Below, piece by piece: positions 45,644 to 57,994 of a stretch of DNA of 64,000 nt. The stretch lies in NCBI RefSeq assembly GCF_001677475.2, contig NZ_CP015229.1; one strand, given 5' to 3'. Below the pieces are notes generated by a model, which searched no databases, was not told the origin of the DNA, and saw only the letters and a program-made list of their open reading frames with translations. The position numbers were made by a program, and so were the translations under genes. This DNA comes from Escherichia coli (GTDB taxonomy: Bacteria; Pseudomonadota; Gammaproteobacteria; Enterobacterales; Enterobacteriaceae). Each line of letters opens with the position of its first letter. The first letter of the stretch is position 1.

Positions 45644-46714
45644 TTAAGCCACGCGAGCCGTCAGCTGCCCGTTCAGATCCTGATGAATTTCACGCAGCAA
45701 GGCATCGGTCATTTCCCAACTAATGCAGGCATCGGTTACGGATACACCGTATTTCATTTCACTGCGCGGTTGCTCGGAAGACTGATTGCCCTCGTGGATA
45801 TTACTTTCGATCATCAGACCAATAATTGAGCGATTGCCATCTTTGATTTGAGCAACCACGGATTCTGCCACCGCAGGCTGACGGCGATAATCTTTATTGG
45901 AATTACCGTGGCTGCAATCTACCATCAGAGACGGGCGCAGTCCCGCCTGTTCCATCTCTTTTTCACATTGCGCAACATCCGCAGGGCTATAGTTCGGCGC
46001 TTTACCACCGCGCAGGATGACATGCCCGTCCGGATTCCCCTGAGTTTGTAGCAACGCAACCTGCCCTGCCTGGTTAATGCCAACAAAACGGTGCGGCTGG
46101 GCGGCGGCGCGCATAGCGTTAATTGCTGTTGCCAGACTGCCGTCGGTGCCGTTTTTAAAACCAACCGGCATGGAAAGCCCGGAGGCCATTTCACGGTGAG
46201 TTTGCGATTCCGTTGTACGAGCACCAATTGCTGACCAGCTAAACAGATCGCCCAGGTATTGCGGGCTATTCGGATCTAACGCTTCCGTCGCCAGTGGCAG
46301 TCCCATATTCACCAGCTCAAGCAGCAATTTACGCGCGATCTGCAGCCCGGCTTCTACATCAAAAGAGCCATCCATATGGGGATCGTTAATTAACCCTTTC
46401 CAGCCGACAGTGGTACGGGGTTTTTCAAAATAGACGCGCATTACCAGATAGAGGCTATCGCTGACCTCTGCGGCAAGGGCTTTAAATCGACGAGCATATT
46501 CCAGAGCAGTTTCCGGATCATGAATGGAACAAGGACCACATACTACCAGCAGACGAGGATCGCGCCCGGCGATAATATCTGAAATGGTTTTACGCGAGTC
46601 AGCAATCTGGGCTTCTTGTTGCAGGCTTAATGGAAAAGCTGCCTTCAGTTGTTCCGGAGTCATTAAAACCTGTTCGTCGGTAATATGTACGTTATTCAGC
46701 GCGTCTTTTTGCAT
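45644..46714 (-). CDS. aroF: DAHP synthase, Tyr-sensitive
   Basis: 356 aa from [17 protein letters not shown]; the ORF track's 379-aa form starts upstream in frame. Confidence 0.95.
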   Translation of the reverse strand: MQKDALNNVHITDEQVLMTPEQLKAAFPLSLQQEAQIADSRKTISDIIAGRDPRLLVVCGPCSIHDPETALEYARRFKALAAEVSDSLYLVMRVYFEKPRTTVGWKGLINDPHMDGSFDVEAGLQIARKLLLELVNMGLPLATEALDPNSPQYLGDLFSWSAIGARTTESQTHREMASGLSMPVGFKNGTDGSLATAINAMRAAAQPHRFVGINQAGQVALLQTQGNPDGHVILRGGKAPNYSPADVAQCEKEMEQAGLRPSLMVDCSHGNSNKDYRRQPAVAESVVAQIKDGNRSIIGLMIESNIHEGNQSSEQPRSEMKYGVSVTDACISWEMTDALLREIHQDLNGQLTARVA

Positions 46715-46809
46715 GATGGCGATCCTGTTTATGCTCGTTTGCGATAGTTGATCCTCAGCGAGGATGACGTAACGATAACACATAAAGTAAAGTTTTCAAT
46801 CCATATTTC

Positions 46810-46878
46810 GTACATTTTTATTTACACAGACAATTTAGCCGCGCTTTCAACCCTTACTTCTGTATAGATAAATTTACA
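46810..46878. promoter_or_regulatory. TyrR boxes of the aroF-tyrA promoter
   Basis: TGTATAgataaaTTTACA at 46861-46878 and GTACATttttatTTACAC at 46810-46827, resembling the TyrR consensus TGTAAA-N6-TTTACA. Confidence 0.6.
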
Positions 46879-46923
46879 CCCCCTTTGAAAACAATCCGCT
46901 ATGCTTTGAAAAAGGAGAAAGAA

Positions 46924-47289
46924 ATGATGAAAAAGTTTATCGCCCCCTTGTTGGCTTTACTGGTTAGCGGATGTCAGATTGATCCTTATACTCACGCGCC
47001 AACCTTGACCAGCACCGACTGGTATGATGTTGGTATGGAAGATGCGATATCGGGCAGCGCCATAAAAGATGACGATGCATTTAGCGATTCACAGGCGGAT
47101 CGCGGTCTATACCTTAAAGGATATGCCGAAGGACAAAAGAAAACTTGCCAGACCGATTTTACTTATGCCCGAGGACTTTCCGGTAAAAGCTTTCCTGCCA
47201 GCTGCAACAATGTTGAAAATGCCAGCCAACTGCATGAAGTATGGCAAAAAGGGGCTGATGAAAATGCCAGCACAATACGATTAAATTAA
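46924..47289 (+). CDS. yfiL: lipoprotein YfiL
   Basis: 121 aa from MMKKFIAPLLALLVSGCQ (lipobox), AAGGAG RBS 8 nt upstream. Confidence 0.88.
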   Translation: MMKKFIAPLLALLVSGCQIDPYTHAPTLTSTDWYDVGMEDAISGSAIKDDDAFSDSQADRGLYLKGYAEGQKKTCQTDFTYARGLSGKSFPASCNNVENASQLHEVWQKGADENASTIRLN

Positions 47290-47438
47290 TTAAAACCCCA
47301 CAAATAAATTAAACATAAGATTTTACTCATTGTGTTTTATTTCTCACATTGATGACGGTCGCATGAAAAAATGATATTTTAATGAGCATTCTGAAAAAAT
47401 ATCGATGCATTTCGAGCGAAGATGGTGGGGATCCCTGA

Positions 47439-47957
47439 ATGCGTTTTTCTCACCGACTGTTCTTACTGCTGATTCTCCTGCTGACGGGAGCACCAATACT
47501 CGCTCAGGAGCCTTCTGACGTTGCGAAAAACGTGCGTATGATGGTTTCCGGTATTGTCAGTTACACCCGCTGGCCTGCGCTATCAGGGCCACCAAAGTTA
47601 TGTATCTTTTCATCTTCACGTTTTAGTACCGCCCTACAAGAGAATGCCGCGACATCTTTGCCTTATCTGCCTGTCATCATTCACACTCAACAAGAGGCGA
47701 TGATTTCAGGCTGCAATGGTTTTTATTTTGGCAACGAGTCACCGACATTCCAGATGGAATTAACCGAACAATATCCGTCAAGGGCGTTATTATTAATTGC
47801 CGAACAAAATACCGAGTGCATTATTGGTAGCGCCTTTTGTCTGATCATCCACAATAATGACGTCAGATTTGCCGTAAACCTGGATGCCTTATCGCGTAGC
47901 GGTGTAAAGGTCAACCCGGATGTCTTAATGCTCGCACGGAAGAAAAATGATGGATAA
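47439..47957 (+). CDS. yfiR: periplasmic repressor of DgcN (YfiR)
   Basis: 172 aa with signal peptide; first gene of the yfiR-dgcN-yfiB operon. Confidence 0.92.
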   Translation: MRFSHRLFLLLILLLTGAPILAQEPSDVAKNVRMMVSGIVSYTRWPALSGPPKLCIFSSSRFSTALQENAATSLPYLPVIIHTQQEAMISGCNGFYFGNESPTFQMELTEQYPSRALLLIAEQNTECIIGSAFCLIIHNNDVRFAVNLDALSRSGVKVNPDVLMLARKKNDG

Positions 47958-49173
47958 CGATAATTCTCTTAATAAGCGCCCCACGTTTAAAAGAGCATTA
48001 CGCAACATCAGTATGACCAGCATATTTATCACTATGATGCTGATCTGGTTGCTGCTTTCCGTGACCTCGGTGCTGACCCTGAAACAGTACGCGCAAAAAA
48101 ACCTGGCACTGACAGCAGCAACAATGACTTACAGTCTGGAAGCCGCTGTCGTTTTTGCCGATGGCCCTGCAGCAACTGAAACACTGGCAGCGCTGGGCCA
48201 GCAAGGGCAATTTTCAACTGCAGAAGTACGTGATAAGCAGCAAAATATTCTGGCATCCTGGCATTACACCCGTAAGGATCCAGGCGATACTTTCAGCAAT
48301 TTCATAAGCCACTGGCTCTTCCCTGCCCCCATCATTCAGCCGATTCGTCACAATGGTGAAACCATTGGCGAAGTACGCTTAACCGCTCGCGACAGCTCGA
48401 TCAGCCATTTTATCTGGTTTTCGCTCGCTGTCCTGACCGGTTGTATTCTGCTGGCATCAGGCATCGCAATTACCCTCACCCGCCATTTGCACAATGGCCT
48501 GGTGGAAGCGCTGAAAAATATCACCGATGTCGTACATGATGTGCGTTCCAACCGCAATTTTTCCCGACGAGTTTCGGAAGAACGTATCGCTGAGTTTCAC
48601 CGCTTCGCACTCGATTTCAACAGTCTGCTGGATGAAATGGAAGAGTGGCAGCTTCGCTTACAGGCTAAAAATGCGCAGCTGCTACGTACCGCACTACATG
48701 ACCCATTAACCGGGCTGGCGAACCGGGCTGCGTTTCGTAGCGGCATCAACACATTGATGAGCAGTTCCGACGCCCGAAAAACGTCGGCGTTACTATTTCT
48801 TGATGGCGATAATTTCAAATATATCAATGATACCTGGGGTCATGCGACGGGCGATAGAGTCTTGATTGAAATCGCAAAACGGTTAGCTGAATTTGGCGGG
48901 CTGCGACATAAAGCATACCGCCTGGGCGGCGATGAATTCGCTATGGTGCTCTATGATGTACAGTCGGAATCTGAAGTGCAGCAGATATGCTCAGCACTGA
49001 CACAAATCTTTAATCTACCGTTTGATCTTCATAATGGCCATCAGACCACCATGACATTAAGCATTGGTTACGCGATGACCATTGAGCACGCCTCTGCGGA
49101 AAAATTACAAGAGCTTGCCGATCACAATATGTATCAGGCCAAACACCAGCGTGCCGAAAAGCTGGTGAGATAA
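47947..49173 (+). CDS. dgcN: diguanylate cyclase DgcN (YfiN): membrane sensor with HAMP and GGDEF domains
   Basis: 408 aa; two TM segments; GGDEF active site (RLGGDEF). Confidence 0.95.
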   Translation: MMDNDNSLNKRPTFKRALRNISMTSIFITMMLIWLLLSVTSVLTLKQYAQKNLALTAATMTYSLEAAVVFADGPAATETLAALGQQGQFSTAEVRDKQQNILASWHYTRKDPGDTFSNFISHWLFPAPIIQPIRHNGETIGEVRLTARDSSISHFIWFSLAVLTGCILLASGIAITLTRHLHNGLVEALKNITDVVHDVRSNRNFSRRVSEERIAEFHRFALDFNSLLDEMEEWQLRLQAKNAQLLRTALHDPLTGLANRAAFRSGINTLMSSSDARKTSALLFLDGDNFKYINDTWGHATGDRVLIEIAKRLAEFGGLRHKAYRLGGDEFAMVLYDVQSESEVQQICSALTQIFNLPFDLHNGHQTTMTLSIGYAMTIEHASAEKLQELADHNMYQAKHQRAEKLVR

Positions 49174-49188
49174 CAAGGATATATCGAT

Positions 49189-49671
49189 ATGATAAAGCAC
49201 CTGGTAGCACCCCTGATTTTCACCTCACTAATACTGACTGGCTGCCAGTCCCCTCAGGGAAAGTTTACTCCTGAGCAAGTCGCCGCTATGCAATCTTATG
49301 GATTTACTGAATCCGCCGGCGACTGGTCGCTGGGCTTATCAGATGCCATTCTGTTCGCAAAAAATGACTACAAATTGCTCCCGGAAAGCCAGCAACAGAT
49401 CCAAACCATGGCAGCCAAATTGGCCTCGACAGGGCTAACACATGCCCGTATGGATGGACACACCGATAACTATGGTGAAGACAGTTACAACGAAGGCTTA
49501 TCATTGAAACGGGCGAATGTCGTGGCCGATGCATGGGCTATGGGTGGACAAATTCCACGCAGCAATCTCACCACACAGGGTTTAGGAAAAAAATATCCCA
49601 TAGCCAGTAACAAGACCGCCCAGGGCCACGCCGAGAACCGCCGCGTCGCAGTGGTGATTACTACCCCTTAA
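49189..49671 (+). CDS. yfiB: OmpA-family outer-membrane lipoprotein YfiB
   Basis: 160 aa; lipobox LTGCQ; OmpA-like peptidoglycan-binding motif (NRRV). Confidence 0.94.
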   Translation: MIKHLVAPLIFTSLILTGCQSPQGKFTPEQVAAMQSYGFTESAGDWSLGLSDAILFAKNDYKLLPESQQQIQTMAAKLASTGLTHARMDGHTDNYGEDSYNEGLSLKRANVVADAWAMGGQIPRSNLTTQGLGKKYPIASNKTAQGHAENRRVAVVITTP

Positions 49672-49687
49672 AACACGAGCAAACAGA

Positions 49688-49722
49688 TAAAAAAAGGGCC
49701 AGCCAATTGGCCAGCCCTTCTT
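49688..49722 (-). terminator. terminator after rplS (also lies 3' of yfiB)
   Basis: GC-rich imperfect hairpin GGGCCAGCCAATTGGCCAGCCC with a T-run on the minus strand (plus-strand A7). Confidence 0.6.
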
Positions 49723-49747
49723 AACAGGATGTCGCTTAAGCGAAATC

Positions 49748-50098
<351 letters not shown>

Positions 50099-50136
50099 TT
50101 AATCTCTTATCCTGGGTAAACTGATATCTCGGGGGC

Positions 50137-50904
50137 TTACGCCATCCCATCATGTTTATGTTGCTGTTGTGCGTGTTCCGTTTTGAACTCCGCCAGCAAC
50201 CTTGCTTGCTCTTCAGTCAGAGCCAGGTTTTCCAGAAGTTCAGGTCTTCTAAGCCAGGTACGGCCCAGCGACTGTTTCAAACGCCAGCGACGTATCTCGG
50301 CATGGTTGCCCGACAGTAACACTGGCGGAACTTCCATCCCTTCTAACACCTCAGGCCGCGTATAGTGCGGGCAATCCAGCAATCCTTCAGCAAAGGAATC
50401 TTCCGTTGCCGAGGCTTCATGTCCCAGTACTCCCGGAATAAACCGGGAAACGGAGTCAATCAGCGTCATTGCGGGTAACTCACCACCACTGAGAACGTAA
50501 TCGCCGATTGACCATTCTTCGTCAATTTCGGTTTGGATCACGCGCTCATCTATACCTTCGTAGCGACCGCACACCAGAATCAATTTTTGATTCGTTGCCA
50601 GTTCGCTGACGCCCGCTTGATCAAGCTTGCGTCCCTGTGGTGACAGATAAATCACCTTTGCGCCTTCACCCGCCGCGGCTTTTGCTGCATGAATGGCGTC
50701 CCGCAAGGGTTGCACCATCATTAACATCCCCGGTCCGCCGCCGTAAGGACGATCGTCCACGGTACGGTGCCGGTCATGCGTGAAGTCGCGAGGACTCCAG
50801 CTCTGGATGCTCAGCAGGCCATTTTTAACTGCCCGGCCAGTTACCCCGTAATCGGTAATTGCGCGGAACATTTCAGGAAACAGGCTAATTATGCCAATCC
50901 ACAT
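50137..50904 (-). CDS. trmD: tRNA (m1G37) methyltransferase
   Basis: 255 aa from [13 protein letters not shown]. Confidence 0.97.
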
Positions 50905-50934
50905 AGCGCCGTCTTTTACCGTTTATCCGGTGGT

Positions 50935-51483
50935 TTAAAAACCAGGATCCCAATCTACTTCGATTGAACGAGTAGTGAGATCGACTTTCTTGATAACCTG
51001 CCCATCGAGGAACGGTACGAGACGTTCCTTGATACCAAACGCATCTTTCAGGTTTGCCTTAATGACGAGAACATCATTAGATCCGGTTTCCATCATATCG
51101 ACGACTTTACCGAGATCGTAGCCTTCAGTGGTTACTACCTGGCAGCCCATCAGGTCTTTCCAGTAGTAGTCACCCTCTTCAAGCTGAGGCAGCTGCGATG
51201 AATCCACGACAATTTCACAATTCGTCAGCAGGTTCGCCGCATCACGATCGTCAACGCCTTTCAGCTTGATGATCATGTCCTGATTGTGGTGCTTCCAGCT
51301 TTCCAGCTGGACTTGCTGCCACTGACCCGCCTTCTGGATAAACCAGGGCTGATAGTCAAAAATGCTTTCGGCGTCTTCGGTGGAAGAAAACACTCTGAGC
51401 CACCCACGAATACCGTAAGACGAACCCATTTTTCCCAAAACGATGGGATCAACAGGTGCTTGCGCGGTGAGTTGTTTGCTCAT
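50935..51483 (-). CDS. rimM: ribosome maturation factor RimM
   Basis: 182 aa from [20 protein letters not shown]. Confidence 0.95.
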
Positions 51484-51501
51484 CATGACCACCGTGACAG
51501 A

Positions 51502-51828
<327 letters not shown>

Positions 51829-51998
51829 TTACTCATTTTTGCGGAAATTGCAATCAACAGTTGCTAACTCTGCTGTAAAAGGCCGTCGGCGGTGCAGCCA
51901 GTTTGGTGCCGGAGTGCGCGCAGTCACCGGAGCGTACACGCAGTACGTGAGGATGACGAGCACACCCCGGTGCCAAAATGGCAAACAAGCCAGGCCGA

Positions 51999-53360
51999 TT
52001 AGCGACCAGGAAATCCCGGCGGCATCATACCCTTCATGCTTCTCATCATCTTCGCCATTCCGCCCTTCTTCATTTTCTTCATCATGCGCTGCATGTCGTC
52101 GAACTGCTTCAGAAGGCGGTTAACGTCCTGTACCTGCATCCCGCAACCGGCGGCGATACGACGCTTACGCGAACCTTTGATGATTTCTGGCTTAGCGCGC
52201 TCTTTCATCGTCATCGAGTTGATGATGGCTTCCATACGCACCAACACTTTATCGTCCATCTGCGACTTGACGTTATCCGGGATCTGCCCCATGCCCGGCA
52301 GCTTGCCCATCAGGCTAGCCATGCCGCCCATATTTTTCATCTGGCGCAGCTGCTCAAGAAAGTCGTTGAGATCGAAGCCGTCGCCTTTTTTCAGCTTGCT
52401 GGCTAATTTCTCTGCCTGCGCGCGGTCAACTTTGCTTTCGATATCTTCGATCAGTGACAGTACGTCGCCCATGCCGAGAATACGCGACGCGATGCGGTCA
52501 GGATGGAACGGCTCCAGCGCCTCAGTTTTCTCGCCAACACCGAGGAACTTGATCGGTTTGCCAGTGATGTGACGAATAGAGAGCGCCGCACCGCCGCGGG
52601 CATCGCCGTCCACTTTGGTCAACACTACACCGGTAAGCGGTAACGCTTCATTGAATGCTTTTGCCGTATTGGCCGCATCCTGACCGGTCATGGCGTCAAC
52701 CACAAACAGGGTTTCAACCGGATTAATCGACGCATGGACTTGTTTGATCTCATCCATCATCGCTTCGTCAACGTGCAGACGACCAGCGGTATCCACCAGC
52801 AGCACGTCGTAGAATTTCAGTTTGGCTTCTTTCAGCGCCGCGTTAACGATATCTACCGGCTTCTGACCAACATCAGAAGGGAAGAAATCAACGCCCACCT
52901 GCTCTGCCAGCGTCTCAAGCTGTTTGATTGCCGCCGGGCGATAAACGTCGGCGGAAACCACCAGCACTTTCTTCTTGTGCTTCTCGCGCAGGAACTTACC
53001 GAGTTTACCAACGCTGGTTGTTTTACCGGCACCTTGCAGGCCCGCCATCAGCACGACCGCAGGCGGTTGCGCAGCCAGGTTCAGGGTCTGGTTCTCTTCG
53101 CCCATCGCCGCAACCAGTTCGTTACGGACGATTTTGACGAACTCCTGCCCCGGCGTCAGGCTCTTATTAACTTCATGACCAACCGCTTTCTCTTTTACGC
53201 GATTGATAAACTCACGCACTACCGGCAGAGCGACGTCCGCCTCCAGCAGCGCCATGCGCACTTCGCGCAGCGTATCTTTTACGTTGTCTTCAGTGAGGCG
53301 TCCACGGCCACTGATATTGCGCAGCGTGCGCGACAAACGATCGGTTAAATTATCAAACAT
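51999..53360 (-). CDS. ffh: signal recognition particle protein Ffh
   Basis: 453 aa; GTPase motif GLQGAGKTT and Met-rich C-terminal M-domain. Confidence 0.97.
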   Translation of the reverse strand: MFDNLTDRLSRTLRNISGRGRLTEDNVKDTLREVRMALLEADVALPVVREFINRVKEKAVGHEVNKSLTPGQEFVKIVRNELVAAMGEENQTLNLAAQPPAVVLMAGLQGAGKTTSVGKLGKFLREKHKKKVLVVSADVYRPAAIKQLETLAEQVGVDFFPSDVGQKPVDIVNAALKEAKLKFYDVLLVDTAGRLHVDEAMMDEIKQVHASINPVETLFVVDAMTGQDAANTAKAFNEALPLTGVVLTKVDGDARGGAALSIRHITGKPIKFLGVGEKTEALEPFHPDRIASRILGMGDVLSLIEDIESKVDRAQAEKLASKLKKGDGFDLNDFLEQLRQMKNMGGMASLMGKLPGMGQIPDNVKSQMDDKVLVRMEAIINSMTMKERAKPEIIKGSRKRRIAAGCGMQVQDVNRLLKQFDDMQRMMKKMKKGGMAKMMRSMKGMMPPGFPGR

Positions 53361-53526
53361 TGTCTCTCGCCTGGGGTGGAAACGGTTGGCCGCAATCGCG
53401 ACACATCATCAGTATTTTGCCGCAGTATAACATGAAGGCGTCTTTGTTGTTATGCAACGGTTGGAGCAGCGTTCACCTGACGCTATACTGCTTCTCTTTC
53501 TTATTGCTCAAACTGTCGACATTACT

Positions 53527-54318
53527 ATGCCCGTTTTTGCTCTGCTCGCGCTTGTCGCCTACTCCGTCAGTCTTGCGCTGATTGTTCCCGGTCTGCTGCA
53601 AAAAAATGGCGGCTGGCGGCGCATGGCTATTATTTCTGCGGTCATTGCGCTGGTCTGCCACGCAATCGCTCTGGAAGCCCGCATCCTGCCCGACGGTGAT
53701 AGCGGACAAAACCTCAGCCTGCTGAACGTTGGTTCATTGGTCAGTTTGATGATCTGTACGGTAATGACCATTGTGGCTTCTCGCAATCGTGGTTGGTTGC
53801 TGCTACCCATTGTCTATGCCTTTGCGCTTATCAACCTGGCGCTGGCAACCTTCATGCCCAATGAATACATCACCCATCTGGAAGCTACGCCTGGGATGCT
53901 GGTGCACATTGGCTTATCGCTCTTTTCCTATGCCACGCTAATTATCGCCGCCCTGTACGCGCTGCAACTGGCGTGGATTGATTACCAACTGAAGAACAAG
54001 AAGCTGGCGTTTAACCAGGAAATGCCGCCATTAATGAGTATCGAGCGTAAAATGTTCCACATCACGCAGATTGGCGTGGTGCTGCTAACGCTCACGCTTT
54101 GCACTGGCCTGTTCTACATGCACAACTTATTTAGCATGGAAAATATCGACAAGGCTGTGCTCTCTATCGTGGCGTGGTTTGTCTATATTGTGCTGCTGTG
54201 GGGACATTATCATGAAGGATGGCGTGGACGCCGCGTCGTCTGGTTTAACGTTGCGGGTGCAGTCATTCTGACACTGGCCTACTTCGGCAGTCGAATTGTC
54301 CAGCAGTTAATCAGCTAA
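53527..54318 (+). CDS. ypjD: inner-membrane protein YpjD (cytochrome c assembly / CcsA-like family)
   Basis: 263 aa from MPVFALLALVAYSVSLAL; multi-TM profile. Confidence 0.9.
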   Translation: MPVFALLALVAYSVSLALIVPGLLQKNGGWRRMAIISAVIALVCHAIALEARILPDGDSGQNLSLLNVGSLVSLMICTVMTIVASRNRGWLLLPIVYAFALINLALATFMPNEYITHLEATPGMLVHIGLSLFSYATLIIAALYALQLAWIDYQLKNKKLAFNQEMPPLMSIERKMFHITQIGVVLLTLTLCTGLFYMHNLFSMENIDKAVLSIVAWFVYIVLLWGHYHEGWRGRRVVWFNVAGAVILTLAYFGSRIVQQLIS

Positions 54319-54362
54319 ACCCAGAAAAGGAGTTTCCCCTGGAACACATTTCTACTACTACG

Positions 54363-55625
54363 TTGATCATTATTCTGATCATCATGGTGGTCATTTCAGC
54401 CTATTTTTCCGGGTCCGAAACCGGAATGATGACCCTCAACCGCTATCGTCTGCGACATATGGCGAAACAGGGTAATCGCTCGGCCAAACGCGTCGAAAAA
54501 TTGCTGCGTAAGCCAGACCGCCTGATAAGCCTGGTGTTAATCGGCAATAACCTGGTCAATATTCTTGCCTCCGCGCTCGGCACTATTGTTGGGATGCGTT
54601 TGTACGGCGATGCGGGCGTGGCAATTGCGACTGGTGTGCTGACTTTTGTCGTACTGGTTTTTGCTGAGGTATTGCCGAAAACCATTGCCGCGCTGTACCC
54701 GGAAAAAGTCGCTTATCCGAGTAGTTTTCTGCTGGCTCCGCTGCAAATTTTGATGATGCCGCTGGTCTGGTTGCTGAATGCTATCACCCGTATGCTGATG
54801 CGCATGATGGGTATCAAAACCGATATCGTGGTTAGCGGCTCTTTGAGCAAAGAAGAGTTGCGCACTATCGTGCACGAATCACGCTCACAAATTTCCCGTC
54901 GCAATCAGGATATGCTGCTGTCGGTGCTCGATCTGGAAAAAATGACCGTTGATGACATCATGGTGCCGCGCAGTGAAATTATCGGTATTGATATCAACGA
55001 TGACTGGAAATCGATTCTGCGCCAGCTCTCCCACTCACCTCACGGGCGCATCGTGCTCTACCGTGATTCGCTGGACGACGCCATCAGTATGCTGCGTGTG
55101 CGTGAAGCCTGGCGGTTGATGTCGGAGAAAAAAGAGTTCACCAAAGAAACCATGCTACGCGCCGCGGACGAGATCTATTTTGTCCCGGAAGGTACGCCGC
55201 TCAGCACGCAGTTGGTGAAGTTTCAGCGCAACAAAAAGAAAGTCGGCCTGGTCGTCAACGAGTATGGAGACATTCAGGGGCTGGTGACGGTTGAAGATAT
55301 TCTGGAAGAGATTGTCGGCGATTTCACTACCTCGATGTCGCCAACACTTGCCGAAGAGGTCACGCCGCAAAACGACGGTTCGGTGATTATCGATGGCACC
55401 GCCAACGTGCGGGAAATTAACAAAGCCTTTAACTGGCATCTACCGGAAGATGATGCCCGCACGGTTAATGGCGTCATTCTTGAGGCACTGGAAGAGATCC
55501 CTGTCGCAGGCACCCGCGTGCGTATTGGCGAGTACGATATTGATATTCTCGACGTACAGGACAATATGATTAAACAGGTAAAAGTCTTTCCTGTGAAACC
55601 GCTGCGCGAGAGTGTGGCGGAGTAA
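54363..55625 (+). CDS. yfjD: CNNM/CorC-family membrane protein YfjD (DUF21 + CBS pair + CorC_HlyC)
   Basis: 420-aa ORF from TTG 54363; the frame is open upstream to a CTG at 54339, which would give the 428-aa form I recall for K-12; start uncertain. Confidence 0.9.
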   Translation: MIIILIIMVVISAYFSGSETGMMTLNRYRLRHMAKQGNRSAKRVEKLLRKPDRLISLVLIGNNLVNILASALGTIVGMRLYGDAGVAIATGVLTFVVLVFAEVLPKTIAALYPEKVAYPSSFLLAPLQILMMPLVWLLNAITRMLMRMMGIKTDIVVSGSLSKEELRTIVHESRSQISRRNQDMLLSVLDLEKMTVDDIMVPRSEIIGIDINDDWKSILRQLSHSPHGRIVLYRDSLDDAISMLRVREAWRLMSEKKEFTKETMLRAADEIYFVPEGTPLSTQLVKFQRNKKKVGLVVNEYGDIQGLVTVEDILEEIVGDFTTSMSPTLAEEVTPQNDGSVIIDGTANVREINKAFNWHLPEDDARTVNGVILEALEEIPVAGTRVRIGEYDIDILDVQDNMIKQVKVFPVKPLRESVAE

Positions 55626-55709
55626 TACAGTGGCGAACTCCGGTTCGCCTTTCTTATCGCCGCCTTTTAGGATTCCATCAATTCCTTCCTTTTACTTCAC
55701 AATGCAATA

Positions 55710-56351
55710 ATGACATTTCAATTATTCGGAAAGGATATCAATGTTATGTCAGAAGATTATGTAATTGAGTGGGATAAGGATTTTGAAGACGATCTCAACG
55801 TTGTCGCCAGCGTGTTTTTCCCCCACAAGCCAACGCTATGGTCTGGTATCGTCTCTCAACTTGCCACCACTCCTGAAATCTTTGAAGACGAAGATGAGGA
55901 CGAATATGGATTGCAAGACGTTCTCGATTGTAGCGGTGGCGATTTAGGAAATGACGCATTGGGGCAAGCATTTTTACAAATCCTACGCATCGAAGGATTA
56001 ATCCATATTGTTGACTGGAAAGGCGAAGAAGAAGATGGTGAGCTGGCTAATTTTGCTGCTGACCGCTTCTACGATCTGTGTAAAGACCTGACAGCCTCAG
56101 AGACATTACGAAGTCTGCTTATCGACATAACTCAGGAAGATGAAATTGCAGATGCCTGCGAAGATGGTGATCGTTACCTTGACGAGATCTTTGGACGCAT
56201 TCAGGACCAGCTTAATGAACGGGGCTACCAAATTTTCAATCTGAATGAAGGAACAGATAGTTATAACGTGGCCGTTCTGCCAATGAACGAATATAAAAAA
56301 ATAGATGATTTCAACACGCCGTGGCTGGAAGTACAGGATTTTTTAAGCTAA
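55710..56351 (+). CDS. hypothetical highly acidic cytoplasmic protein (no recognised family); ORF sits in the yfjD-grpE spacer
   Basis: Clean 213-codon ORF with no competing frame; likely start ATG 55746 (AAGGA 10 nt upstream, 201 aa); hand count 29 Asp + 22 Glu vs 7 Lys + 6 Arg; no TM segment or signal peptide; appears AT-rich by eye relative to flanking genes. Confidence 0.6.
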   Translation: MTFQLFGKDINVMSEDYVIEWDKDFEDDLNVVASVFFPHKPTLWSGIVSQLATTPEIFEDEDEDEYGLQDVLDCSGGDLGNDALGQAFLQILRIEGLIHIVDWKGEEEDGELANFAADRFYDLCKDLTASETLRSLLIDITQEDEIADACEDGDRYLDEIFGRIQDQLNERGYQIFNLNEGTDSYNVAVLPMNEYKKIDDFNTPWLEVQDFLS

Positions 56352-56377
56352 AAAAATGGCCGACTTCGCGTCGGCCA
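56350..56377 (-). terminator. rho-independent terminator after grpE (bidirectional hairpin shared with the acidic ORF)
   Basis: Hairpin TGGCCGAC-gcgaa-GTCGGCCA followed by a T7 run on the minus strand, 8 nt after the grpE stop. Confidence 0.75.
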
Positions 56378-56385
56378 TCAGATAT

Positions 56386-57009
<624 letters not shown>

Positions 57010-57021
57010 CTAACTTCGCTT

Positions 57022-57050
57022 ATTATGGGGATCAGTTTCAGGGTTTCAAG
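57022..57050 (-). promoter_or_regulatory. sigma-32 heat-shock promoter of grpE
   Basis: Minus strand CTTGAAA - 13 nt - CCCCATAAT, near-consensus sigma-32 promoter. Confidence 0.75.
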
Positions 57051-57098
57051 GGAAGCACTCACATTGTCATCAATCTTCGCAACAAGGACCTCGGAAAA

Positions 57099-57977
57099 AT
57101 GAATAATCATTTCAAGTGTATTGGCATTGTGGGACACCCACGGCACCCCACTGCACTGACAACACATGAAATGCTCTACCGCTGGCTGTGCACAAAAGGT
57201 TACGAGGTCATCGTTGAGCAACAAATCGCTCACGAACTGCAACTGAAGAATGTGAAAACTGGCACGCTCGCGGAGATTGGGCAACAGGCTGATCTCGCGG
57301 TTGTCGTTGGCGGCGACGGTAATATGCTGGGCGCAGCGCGCACACTCGCCCGCTACGACATAAAAGTCATCGGCATCAACCGTGGCAACCTGGGTTTCCT
57401 GACCGACCTTGATCCCGATAACGCCCAGCAACAGTTAGCCGATGTGCTGGAAGGCCACTACATCAGCGAAAAACGTTTTTTGCTGGAAGCGCAAGTCTGT
57501 CAGCAAGATTGCCAGAAACGCATCAGCACGGCGATTAACGAAGTGGTACTTCACCCTGGCAAAGTGGCGCATATGATTGAGTTCGAAGTATATATCGACG
57601 AGATCTTTGCGTTTTCTCAGCGTTCCGATGGCCTGATTATTTCGACGCCAACAGGTTCCACCGCTTATTCCCTCTCAGCGGGAGGTCCGATTCTGACACC
57701 GTCTCTGGATGCGATTACCCTGGTGCCCATGTTCCCGCATACGTTGTCAGCACGACCACTGGTCATAAACAGCAGCAGCACGATCCGTCTGCGTTTTTCG
57801 CATCGCCGTAACGACCTGGAAATCAGTTGCGACAGCCAGATAGCACTGCCTATTCAGGAAGGTGAAGATGTCCTGATTCGTCGCTGTGATTACCATCTGA
57901 ATCTAATTCATCCGAAAGATTACAGTTATTTCAATACATTAAGCACCAAGCTCGGCTGGTCAAAAAAATTATTCTAA
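57099..57977 (+). CDS. nadK: NAD kinase
   Basis: 292 aa; GGDG motif ([14 protein letters not shown]). Confidence 0.96.
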
Positions 57978-57994
57978 TTTTACGCTAGCCTCTT

